NCBI GenBank assembly: GCA_964515175.1
Contig: CAZEUR010000003.1
Location: forward strand, 1-57,079
From: an uncultured Holosporaceae bacterium
GTDB lineage: Bacteria > Pseudomonadota > Alphaproteobacteria > UBA7879 > UBA5542
Direction: 5' to 3'
Length of the DNA stretch: 57,079 nucleotides
A program made the position numbers and the translations under genes. This document shows, piece by piece, positions 10,634 to 18,491 of this stretch (its first letter is position 1; every line of letters starts with the position of its first letter). The notes under the pieces are model-generated. The model searched no databases, was not told the DNA's origin, and saw nothing but the letters and a program-made list of their open reading frames with translations.

Positions 10634-11899
10634 TTAAATAGAAACCTTTTTAAAATTTTCCGGAAATTTTACGTTTCCCCACATGTTCTTAATATCCATG
10701 ATAACACAATAGGGAACTCCCAGGGTCCTAAAATCTTTTTCTGTAAAATCCAGAAATTCTTTATGAGGGACGGCGCCAACAATACAGTCATAAGTTCCTA
10801 GCTCAGCCTGAAGTTTAAGGGTGATATCATAAAAATCCAGGGCGTCATGCGGGTTGGCATGTGGATCTAAAACATCTACGACATATCCCTGAGATTGAAA
10901 ATCTTTGACCATATCTACAACTTTTGTATTGCGCAGATCTGGGATATTTTCTTTGAAAGTAAGCCCACAGATTAAAATTTTCTTTTGTAATCTTGAAGAA
11001 GAAACTTGCTCTAAAGCCGTATGGGCAAGATTTACAAAAAATCCAGCCATAGCATCATTAATTTTGCGCCCAGCAAGAATCACTTCTGGATGATGTCCCA
11101 TTTTTTCGGAATAATCGGCAAGATAGTAGGGATCTACGCCGATGCAATGTCCGCCCACAAGGCCGGGAGAAAAGGGGAGAAAATTCCATTTTGTTCGAGC
11201 GGCATCCAGGACATCGTAGATGGAAATATCTTCCTTGTTGAAAATGGCTGTAATTTCATTCACAAAGGCGATGTTGATGTCTCTTTGAGCGTTTTCAATC
11301 ACCTTGGCCGCTTCTGCTGTTTTGATGCTTTTAGCTTCAAAAACTTCGGTGATTTTTCCATAAATGTGGGAAAGTTTTTTTGTAATTTCAGGATTTTGTC
11401 CCGCTACAATTTTAGTGATTCTATGAATCGTATGGTTTCTATCTCCAGGATTTATTCTTTCTGGAGAGTAGCCTAGAAAGAAATCTTTACCACTTGCAAG
11501 CCCAGATGCTTTTTCAAGGACAGCGCCGCAGACAGTTTCTGTGACGCCGGGATAGACAGTGCTTTCGAAGACAACAATGGCTTTTTTTGAGAGAACGCTT
11601 CCAATCATTTGGGATGCCTTTTCCAAAAGACTTAAATCTGGCTTGTTCTGGGAGTCAACGGGAGTTGGGACGGTTATGATATAGACATCCTGATTCTTCA
11701 GGCGTTCCAAACAATCAGTTGTCTGTAAGCCAGAAACTTTCAACTCTTTTTGTGTAAGCTCTCCTGTGCGATCGAATCCTCTTTGCAGTTCTTCTATGCG
11801 TAGAGAATCTACATCAAACCCTATGGTTGTAAAATGCTTGGACAGAGCTGTGGCAAGAGGGAGTCCAACATAACCAAGTCCCACAACTGCTATTTTCAT
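10634..11899 (-). CDS. nucleotide-sugar 6-dehydrogenase (UDP-GlcNAc/GalNAc dehydrogenase-like, TviB/WbpO/CapL group)
   Basis: 421 aa with N-terminal Rossmann MKIAVVGLGYVGLP and catalytic-Cys motif GLVGGHCIGVDPYY. Substrate assignment rests on family resemblance only. Confidence 0.85.
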   Translation of the reverse strand: MKIAVVGLGYVGLPLATALSKHFTTIGFDVDSLRIEELQRGFDRTGELTQKELKVSGLQTTDCLERLKNQDVYIITVPTPVDSQNKPDLSLLEKASQMIGSVLSKKAIVVFESTVYPGVTETVCGAVLEKASGLASGKDFFLGYSPERINPGDRNHTIHRITKIVAGQNPEITKKLSHIYGKITEVFEAKSIKTAEAAKVIENAQRDINIAFVNEITAIFNKEDISIYDVLDAARTKWNFLPFSPGLVGGHCIGVDPYYLADYSEKMGHHPEVILAGRKINDAMAGFFVNLAHTALEQVSSSRLQKKILICGLTFKENIPDLRNTKVVDMVKDFQSQGYVVDVLDPHANPHDALDFYDITLKLQAELGTYDCIVGAVPHKEFLDFTEKDFRTLGVPYCVIMDIKNMWGNVKFPENFKKVSI

Positions 11900-11906
11900 G
11901 ACTCTC

Positions 11907-12383
11907 CTAAATGCTCAGATTTTGCATTTGCTTTTTCAGCAGGTGTTCTTGCTGAGCTTTTGTTAATCTCTTTGAGACAGAGGTCTGGACCAAAGAGCAG
12001 GCCTTTTGTAATAAAGATTCCTGAATTTCCAGATACATTTTTTGTTGAAGTGCATGGAAACGGTTTTCCAGCTCCTGCGTTTGGTTTTTCTTGAGAAGAA
12101 TGATTTTTTTTTGTGTATCCTCAAGAATCTTTTTGGACTCTTCTTGCGTTTGTTTTTCAAGATTCATCAGAGATTCTCGGGTTTTATGAAGTTTTGTTTT
12201 TTCATTTGATAAGATTTTTTGAGCTTCTTCGTGCAGTTCTGCCACTTCCTTAATTTGGCGCGAAATCGTAGAAGATCTTTCATCAAGCTGGAGAGCAACG
12301 ATTCTGTAAAATCGTTTGCCACAAACAGCTACGAAAAGAACAAAAGAAACAAGAATCCAAAGTTGAGGGTCGTGGAGTATCAT
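11907..12383 (-). CDS. atpF: F0F1 ATP synthase subunit b
   Basis: 158 aa with one N-terminal TM and a long charged helix. It is the second of two b-type genes after atpE, as in alphaproteobacteria. Confidence 0.85.
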   Translation of the reverse strand: MILHDPQLWILVSFVLFVAVCGKRFYRIVALQLDERSSTISRQIKEVAELHEEAQKILSNEKTKLHKTRESLMNLEKQTQEESKKILEDTQKKIILLKKNQTQELENRFHALQQKMYLEIQESLLQKACSLVQTSVSKRLTKAQQEHLLKKQMQNLSI

Positions 12384-12865
12384 TTCGCCCTCGCTTTTTT
12401 TGTAGTCTTTTCAGACTGAAGAGAAGAGGAGACTGAGGCCATCAACTTATCCATAATAAGCTCTGCAAGAGCAGATTCTTCCTTTTTTAAGGTAGCTGTC
12501 AATTCTTTTGCTTCTTTTTGAAGAGAGACTTCAAAATCACCCATTTTTTTTAGGGATTCGTGGTGAAAATCTTCCTCAAACTTCCTGAGTCTCTTGGTAG
12601 ATTCCTGAGCGGCTTTTGTCAAAGCTTCTTCCATTTCTTTTTGTTTCTTGGCAACAAAGAGAGAGCTTTGAAGTCTCAGTTCGTCTGTCTCTATCTTAAA
12701 TTGCTCTATTTCTTTCAATTTCTCTTGGAGTTTTCGCCGGCGCTTTTTAAAGAGGGTTTCCATCCGAGGTTCGATGAGAAAGCGCATGCCTGTGTACAAA
12801 AGGCAAAAAGCTACGCCCAACCAGAAAAGCTGAGGAATATAGAGGCTTGCATCTAATTGTGGCAT
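12380..12865 (-). CDS. atpF2: F0F1 ATP synthase subunit b-prime
   Basis: 161 aa, MPQLD..YIPQLFWL N-terminus typical of b-prime, with one TM plus a coiled coil. 4-nt overlap with atpF. Confidence 0.85.
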   Translation of the reverse strand: MPQLDASLYIPQLFWLGVAFCLLYTGMRFLIEPRMETLFKKRRRKLQEKLKEIEQFKIETDELRLQSSLFVAKKQKEMEEALTKAAQESTKRLRKFEEDFHHESLKKMGDFEVSLQKEAKELTATLKKEESALAELIMDKLMASVSSSLQSEKTTKKARAK

Positions 12866-12871
12866 CTAAAC

Positions 12872-13096
12872 CTATTTAAACAGTATAAGAAAGGCAATGA
12901 GAAGGGCGAATAGAGCGACCGCTTCTGTTAACGCAAACCCCAAAATGCCAATGGCAAAAACGTCCTTGCGCACTTCCGGGTTGCGCGCGATAGAACTAAT
13001 AAGGGTTGAAAAAATGCTCCCAATTCCAAGGCCTACCCCAAGCAAGGGAAATACGGCAAGTCCGGCTCCGATATATTTTGCTGCTTCTGCGTCCAT
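12872..13096 (-). CDS. atpE: F0F1 ATP synthase subunit c
   Basis: 74-aa hairpin proteolipid with ARNPE loop and the carboxylate in [11 protein letters not shown]. Confidence 0.95.
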   Translation of the reverse strand: MDAEAAKYIGAGLAVFPLLGVGLGIGSIFSTLISSIARNPEVRKDVFAIGILGFALTEAVALFALLIAFLILFK

Positions 13097-13122
13097 TCTA
13101 AATCTCCTTTTCTACTATCTTA

Positions 13123-13845
13123 TCAATGCAAATGGATTGCGTCATTCAAATACAGGCACGTGAGTACAGTAAACACGTATGCTTGCAAAAATGCCACAAG
13201 AAATTCGAATCCTATTAATACACTATTTAGGATGATGGTGGAAAGCCCAAAAATGCCGAGGCTAATGGTAAAGAGCGCAAAAACCTTGAGCATGGTGTGT
13301 CCTGCCATGAGATTGGCGAACAAACGCACGGATAAACTGACGGGTCTTGAAAGATAAGAGATAATTTCAATGGGAATGAGAATGGGGGCCATAAGGAGCG
13401 GGGCGCCCTCTGGCATGAACAGCTTCAAAAATTTAAACCCATGTTTGAAAATGCCAATCCCTAAAACTATTAGAAAAACGATGGAAGCGATTCCAAATGT
13501 GAGGATAAGCTGGCTGGTAAACGTGAAGGTATAGGGGAGCATCCCCAAAAGATTTCCAAACAAAATGAAGAAAAATAACGAAGAAATAAAAGGCAAATAG
13601 GGGCGTCCCTTATCTCCCACATTTTCTTCCAAGAGATTTGCTACAAACTCGTAAGAAAGTTCCACAAAAGATTGAAGCCTTCCGGGAACTAAGCTTGATC
13701 GGAAGGTTCCTGCCCAAAAGAGAAGCAGGCTGAAGGCGCCTGCGAGCACCATAAAGAGGGCAGAGTTTGTAAAAGAAAGATCCACGTTGCCCCAGTAGAG
13801 AGGGATCAATCGTTTCACTTCAAATTGGTGGAGAGGACTTTCCAT
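13123..13845 (-). CDS. atpB: F0F1 ATP synthase subunit a
   Basis: Subunit a with conserved SLSVRLFANLMAGH. The track ORF extends to 13917 over atpI. I prefer the ATG at 13845 (MESPLHQFEVKRL), 10 nt after the atpI stop. Confidence 0.93.
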   Translation of the reverse strand: MESPLHQFEVKRLIPLYWGNVDLSFTNSALFMVLAGAFSLLLFWAGTFRSSLVPGRLQSFVELSYEFVANLLEENVGDKGRPYLPFISSLFFFILFGNLLGMLPYTFTFTSQLILTFGIASIVFLIVLGIGIFKHGFKFLKLFMPEGAPLLMAPILIPIEIISYLSRPVSLSVRLFANLMAGHTMLKVFALFTISLGIFGLSTIILNSVLIGFEFLVAFLQAYVFTVLTCLYLNDAIHLH

Positions 13846-13855
13846 CGTAATAATC

Positions 13856-14146
13856 CTATTTCTTGAGTGTCTCAAGCCCGAAGCCAAACCCAGCTTTACA
13901 GAGAGACCTGTACACATTTAACATGCCGGCACTAGAGCCAAGCAAGAATCCAATAATGAGCCCCCAATGGGCTGTGCCCATATAATAATCAAAAGCTAGC
14001 CCAAGTCCAGCCCCAACAATAATACCCGCTAACATATCCGCGCTGGCACGCCAGGCCATATGAGAAAACTCAGCGGGGCCTTTCTTAGGAGGATCAAGTT
14101 CTCGTTTGACCTTTTCATATCGGTCTTGAAAAGATTTCTTTCTCAT
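13856..14146 (-). CDS. atpI: ATP synthase protein I (AtpI-like small membrane protein)
   Basis: 96 aa with two hydrophobic helices (LAGIIVGAGLGLAFDYY, LIIGFLLGSSAGMLNVY), immediately upstream of atpB. Confidence 0.75.
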   Translation of the reverse strand: MRKKSFQDRYEKVKRELDPPKKGPAEFSHMAWRASADMLAGIIVGAGLGLAFDYYMGTAHWGLIIGFLLGSSAGMLNVYRSLCKAGFGFGLETLKK

Positions 14147-14773
14147 TTATTGCTTTCCAAAGGTCGCAAAAGGCTTCCCCGATTCAACGTGAGCCAGAGC
14201 TTGATTCAAAACAATCCGGAGTTTCTTCAGGGGCATCAACCCTGAAATCACTTTAGATCCAATGATGAAAATGGGCAAGCCATCTATATTGTATTTTTCT
14301 TCAGCCTCTTGCCGCATTTTTGTAATTAGCTTTTGAACCGCAGTGCTGCCTAAGGCTTGGTTTATTTGCTTTTGAGTCATTCCAAACTCATTGGCGATTT
14401 TCATAATCTCCTTTAACGGTTCTTTTTTGTCCATCCACTGGGCCTGTTTTGAAACAATGGCGGTGTGAAGAGCAACAGGATTGGGGTTTGCCTGCACAAT
14501 TAAATTGGCTTTGAAATCAATGCCATTCATGGGGAAATCTTTGGAAACAAAAAAGACTTTACCCGTATCGATAAACTCTTTTTTAAGAAAAGGAAAGATG
14601 TCGCTCATAAAGATATTACAAATGTGGCAGGAGAAAGACGAGTACTCAATTAGGGTAACGGGCGCTTTTGGATTGCCATAGGCGATCTCTTTTAAACGGG
14701 TCTGCGCCGTGGTTTCTTGCAAAAAGAAAAACACTCCCGCGATCATAAAAGAAAGATATTTCATGTGTCCCAT
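14147..14773 (-). CDS. DsbA-family thiol:disulfide oxidoreductase (secreted thioredoxin-fold protein)
   Basis: Signal peptide present. CxxC active site SFSCHICNIF sits in a thioredoxin-like context. Its stop directly abuts the atpI start. Confidence 0.8.
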   Translation of the reverse strand: MGHMKYLSFMIAGVFFFLQETTAQTRLKEIAYGNPKAPVTLIEYSSFSCHICNIFMSDIFPFLKKEFIDTGKVFFVSKDFPMNGIDFKANLIVQANPNPVALHTAIVSKQAQWMDKKEPLKEIMKIANEFGMTQKQINQALGSTAVQKLITKMRQEAEEKYNIDGLPIFIIGSKVISGLMPLKKLRIVLNQALAHVESGKPFATFGKQ

Positions 14774-14855
14774 ATATTATTTTTAGCTTAAATAGGAGAG
14801 GAAATCTAGAGGAACTTGGTTAAGAGCTGTTCTACCAATTGTGCAAAATAAATCA

Positions 14856-14884
14856 TTTTAAAGAGGGTATAGCTATGGTAGAAT
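14856..14884 (+). promoter_or_regulatory. candidate extended -10 promoter for the subtilase-like gene
   Basis: TGgTAGAAT at 14876-14884, with a weak TTTTAA 17 nt upstream. GAGGAG SD at 14896-14901 and ATG at 14907. Confidence 0.35.
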
Positions 14885-14906
14885 CAGAGAAACTAGAGGA
14901 GAAACC

Positions 14907-16583
14907 ATGATTAAGCACCCGGCATTTCTTATTTTTTTTGCACTTACACTTTCTGGAAATGCTTCTTTGCATCCCGAAATGGGGCCTCCTCATATTTTGG
15001 ATCCAAAGGGAATTTTAATGGATGAGGAAGGGCTTCCAAAGCATGTTGTGCAGGGTCGATATGAGGTCTTTTCTCCTTCTGAAGACTATAAAGAACTTCA
15101 GATTCTCCTTAATAGAATCACAACAGAATTAGGAAAAAACCCAAATGCAAAACAGCGGAAATTTTTGGAAAAAATGCTTTTCACAACTCAGGAGGGGCTC
15201 TTGCATCTTTATTTAAGAGATCGAAACATGCATGCGCGAGAAAATAAGAAAGTAAGAGAATATGCTTCTCCGGGAAGCAAGAAAAAAAGCACCCAACCTT
15301 TTAATCTAGCGGGTGATAAGAGTGGGGCTATTTTATGGGCTCATCGCCAAGGCATTTTGGGACAAGGGGTGGATGTTTGGGTGCTGGAGAATTATGGGAC
15401 TTTGCAAAAAGAAGGTTTGGCACTCTCTAAGCTTGTATCTGTTATTAAAAGCAGCCAACCTTCCCTTCTGCAGGGACCAAGAGATGGTTATGATATTAGA
15501 GAAGAAAGCCTTGCTCACGCGGCAGAGGTGGCGGGGGTTGTTTATCAAATAGCACCTCGAGCGGATATCCATTTAATTGGGGACAGTAATTTTTCGGCTA
15601 TCTTTCAGGCAAATCGTCCCCATCGGGGCCAGGTCAATAACCCTTTTTCAGAGAAAGATGTTGTCTTAAATTGGTCGGGATCCAAAGGACTTTCGACTGT
15701 CTCTGTCGACTATCAAATCGGACATGTTCGAGGTTTCCTTGAAGAGCGAGGCAAAAAGTATAGAGATCTTCTCGTAAAGGCAATTCCTAATGCGGGAGAT
15801 GGATACAATCCACCTCTAGAGAGGCGTATAGATAGAAAGTGGATGAAAGAAAGGAGTAACATAATAAGCCAAACTGACCCCACTTTTTCTGAGCATATTT
15901 TAAAGCCTTATGCATCACAAATCATTTTGGCTGGAAACATCAGACAATTTGGGCCTGCTTTAGTTCCTTTTTTACAAGATGATGAGTTGCAAAATTTAGC
16001 CCAGGAAAGATTGTTATTTGCCTGGGGTGAAGAAGTTTTAGTGCCCTTTATTGGATATACAGGTATTGAGATAAAAGGGGGGACATCTATTTCAGCCCCC
16101 ACTATTGCGGGGGCAGCGGCTCTTATTAAAAGCAAATATCCTTATCTAACTTGTGAGGAGGCAGGCGAGATTTTACTCGAATCAGCGGAGAAGACTTTTT
16201 GGCAAGTATCTAGCAACATCTCGTTTATTTATGACCCCGAAGATTTTGAAGAAGAATCTCAAGAGGATTTAGGGGAAGCTTTTGCAAAGCTTTTTGGGGA
16301 AGCTTTTGTTCAACAATCGGTAAAACACCGGCTTCCTTCTATAGTTAAAACGGAACCATTTACTTCCAGCATATATGGGCGTGGTATCCTCAATCTTAGG
16401 CGTGCTTTTATTTATGCAGAAATTAAAGATAAGCATCGTGGCTTTACGGCTGAGCAATTGAAGCCTCTCTTTAAAGCAGCAGTGCGAGAACAAGAAGATA
16501 AAGCAGCCCGCACGATCCAAAGAGCTTTTCGGGCGAATATAGGTAAGTTTAAGTCAAGAGCTGGAGAAGGAGGCAAAGCATAA
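14907..16583 (+). CDS. secreted subtilase-like (peptidase S8 fold) protein with Glu at the catalytic Asp position
   Basis: Signal peptide present. S8 motifs: GQGVDVWVLENYG (Asp box, but E161), SLAHAAEVAG (H204), ILAGN (N344), GGTSISAPTIAGAAALI (S394), YGRGILNLRRAF. Confidence 0.8.
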   Translation: MIKHPAFLIFFALTLSGNASLHPEMGPPHILDPKGILMDEEGLPKHVVQGRYEVFSPSEDYKELQILLNRITTELGKNPNAKQRKFLEKMLFTTQEGLLHLYLRDRNMHARENKKVREYASPGSKKKSTQPFNLAGDKSGAILWAHRQGILGQGVDVWVLENYGTLQKEGLALSKLVSVIKSSQPSLLQGPRDGYDIREESLAHAAEVAGVVYQIAPRADIHLIGDSNFSAIFQANRPHRGQVNNPFSEKDVVLNWSGSKGLSTVSVDYQIGHVRGFLEERGKKYRDLLVKAIPNAGDGYNPPLERRIDRKWMKERSNIISQTDPTFSEHILKPYASQIILAGNIRQFGPALVPFLQDDELQNLAQERLLFAWGEEVLVPFIGYTGIEIKGGTSISAPTIAGAAALIKSKYPYLTCEEAGEILLESAEKTFWQVSSNISFIYDPEDFEEESQEDLGEAFAKLFGEAFVQQSVKHRLPSIVKTEPFTSSIYGRGILNLRRAFIYAEIKDKHRGFTAEQLKPLFKAAVREQEDKAARTIQRAFRANIGKFKSRAGEGGKA

Positions 16584-17040
16584 TCACATACCCCGCCGCC
16601 ACCACATCATCCAACATGACCCCAAGGGCTGATTTCCCAGAGCTCCCATGTATCCTATCTGCCCAAGAAACAGGCCAAGGTTTGAAAATATCAAAGACCC
16701 GGAACCCTATAAAAGCCAGGAGGACTATCCAGTGGGCCAAAGAGGGTATCCACAGAAGAGGAGAAAGCGCTAATAACTGTCCTGCCACCTCATCAATCAC
16801 CACTTCAGAAGGGTCTTGTTTTTCAGGGTTTTGTTCGAGATAAAGTTTTGTGAAAAACCATCCGCCCAAGGTAAGGGTAAAAAAAACTGCAAAAAAAACA
16901 AGGGGGCCAAAAGAGGCCAAATAAACTCCTAAGGGAATCGCCACCAAAGATCCCCAAGTGCCAGGCATCCAAGGCAAACAGCCGATTCCAAAGACGGTGA
17001 CAATGAGCTTAACTAGAGCTTTTTTCAAAAAACTTTCCAC
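16549..17040 (-). CDS. pgpA: phosphatidylglycerophosphatase A
   Basis: 163 aa with FGIGCLPWMPGTWGSL and VVIDEVAGQ PgpA motifs. Its 3' end overlaps the convergent subtilase gene by 35 nt. Confidence 0.9.
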   Translation of the reverse strand: MESFLKKALVKLIVTVFGIGCLPWMPGTWGSLVAIPLGVYLASFGPLVFFAVFFTLTLGGWFFTKLYLEQNPEKQDPSEVVIDEVAGQLLALSPLLWIPSLAHWIVLLAFIGFRVFDIFKPWPVSWADRIHGSSGKSALGVMLDDVVAAGYVIMLCLLLQLLT

Positions 17041-17167
17041 AATAGGAGCAAACAGCGGTTCCTGTAACTTTCATAAACACCTGAGGATGAGACGCTTCTC
17101 CCTCTTGCCCTTCACAAGAAACAACGATTTTTTTGGTTTTGATCACAATAGGTTTTACAACTGCCAT
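17009..17167 (-). CDS. small zinc-finger (zf-CHCC) protein, homologue of the mitochondrial complex I NDUFS6 C-terminal domain
   Basis: The C-terminal part of the 136-aa track ORF reads VSCEGQEGEASHPQVFMKVTGTAVCSYCGKFF, matching the C..H..CxxC pattern of NDUFS6-type fingers. Start chosen at ATG 17167 (52 aa); alternative ATG at 17236. Confidence 0.7.
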   Translation of the reverse strand: MAVVKPIVIKTKKIVVSCEGQEGEASHPQVFMKVTGTAVCSYCGKFFEKSSS

Positions 17168-17185
17168 AAATTCATCTATTACAAA

Positions 17186-17214
17186 TTGAAATAATAATTG
17201 AGACTCATTATATA
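17186..17214 (+). promoter_or_regulatory. candidate sigma70-type promoter for tRNA-Arg
   Basis: TTGAAA (17186-17191), 17-nt spacer, TATATA (17209-17214), about 45 nt upstream of the tRNA. Confidence 0.4.
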
Positions 17215-17262
17215 TGAATTCACTCGTGAGTGACATCTGTTTCGTTATATAAATACTGATAA

Positions 17263-17339
17263 GCACCCGTAGCTCAGCTGGATAGAGCGTTGCCCTCCGA
17301 AGGCAAAGGTCGTACGTTCGAATCGTATCGGGTGCACCA
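17263..17339 (+). tRNA. tRNA-Arg (anticodon CCG)
   Basis: 77-nt cloverleaf folded by hand: acceptor GCACCCG/CGGGTGC, anticodon stem TTGCC/GGCAA with loop CTCCGAA, T-arm GTACG-TTCGAAT-CGTAT, encoded CCA. Confidence 0.93.
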
Positions 17340-17366
17340 GTAGTATGTGGAAAGGATGTTTTTAAG

Positions 17367-18485
17367 GTGAAAGACTCGAAAATTGCTTTTATTGATCTTG
17401 CGGCGCAACAGGCGCGCATTCGGCCTCAGTTAGATTCAGCACTTCAAAGAGTTCTTGACCACGGCAATTATGTTCAGGGACCGGAAGTGGCAGCTTTTGA
17501 ATTGGCTTTATGCCAATATACAGGCGTTCCGCATGTTTTGGGATGTGCCGATGGCACTGATGCCCTTACCATGGTGCTTATGGCTCTAAATGTGGGGCCT
17601 GGGGATGCGGTCTTTGTGCCTTCCTTTACTTTTATCTCCACAGCAGAGGTTGTTGCTCTGCGAGGTGCGACGCCTGTTTTTGTGGATGTGAGAGAAGATA
17701 CGTACAATATGTGTCCTAAGAGTCTGGAATCTGCTGTCCAGAAGATCAAAAAGACAGGGTTAAAACCAAAAGGCATCATTTCCGTTGATTTATTTGGTCA
17801 GCCGGCTGACCATAGAGCTATTCAAGCAGTTGCGGATGATCATAAGATTTGGGTTATGGTGGATGCGGCCCAGAGTTTGGGGGCCACTTATGAGGGTAAA
17901 CACACGGTTAATTACGGTATTGCAGCCACCACCAGTTTCTTTCCAGCTAAACCTTTAGGCGGCTATGGGGATGGAGGAGCGATCTTTACCCATGATGGAG
18001 AGCTTGCGGCAAAACTCAAGATGATTCGGTTGCATGGTCAGGGAGCTGTTCCTTATGAAACCTCTGTTCTAGGCATTACGGGGCGTTTGGATACATTACA
18101 AGCGGCTATTTTGATAGAAAAATTAAAGATATTTCCGGAGGAAGTTGAGGCACGTAATAGGGTTGCAGAAAATTATACAAAAGCTTTGAAAGGGGTCCAA
18201 ACACCTTTTGTTGCGCCCCGTAATTTATCCGTATGGGCGCAGTATACCATTCAGGTAGAAGATCGAGATACGCTACGGGAGCACCTTAAAGAAAAAGGGA
18301 TTCCCACAGGTATTTATTATCCAAAGCCTTTGCATACACAACCGCCTTATCGAAACTATCCAAGGACAGAGCTTCCCGTGACGGAAAGAATCTGTAATCG
18401 CGTCGTAAGCCTGCCTATGCACCCGTATCTGGTAGAGTCTGTTCAAGAGTACATTTTGGACACTATTCAACAATATTTGAAGTAA
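17367..18485 (+). CDS. DegT/DnrJ/EryC1/StrS-family PLP-dependent sugar aminotransferase (WbpE/PglE-like)
   Basis: 372 aa with a GTG start and AAAGGA SD. CADGTDAL and SFFPAKPLGGYGDGGAIFT (PLP-lysine motif) are present. Confidence 0.9.
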   Translation: MKDSKIAFIDLAAQQARIRPQLDSALQRVLDHGNYVQGPEVAAFELALCQYTGVPHVLGCADGTDALTMVLMALNVGPGDAVFVPSFTFISTAEVVALRGATPVFVDVREDTYNMCPKSLESAVQKIKKTGLKPKGIISVDLFGQPADHRAIQAVADDHKIWVMVDAAQSLGATYEGKHTVNYGIAATTSFFPAKPLGGYGDGGAIFTHDGELAAKLKMIRLHGQGAVPYETSVLGITGRLDTLQAAILIEKLKIFPEEVEARNRVAENYTKALKGVQTPFVAPRNLSVWAQYTIQVEDRDTLREHLKEKGIPTGIYYPKPLHTQPPYRNYPRTELPVTERICNRVVSLPMHPYLVESVQEYILDTIQQYLK

Positions 18486-18491
18486 TTCTTC

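Noticed and set aside
13846-13917. N-terminal extensions of the atpB track ORF (13846-13917). The same applies to the secF track ORF (2594-2632).
   Set aside because: The extensions overlap the upstream genes (atpI and secD). Internal ATGs placed 8-10 nt after the upstream stops give the conserved N-termini.
17168-17419. N-terminal two-thirds of the 136-aa minus-strand ORF (17009-17419).
   Set aside because: It runs antisense straight through tRNA-Arg (17263-17339) and into the DegT start. Its sequence is low-complexity and unfamiliar. Only the zf-CHCC C-terminal part is credible.
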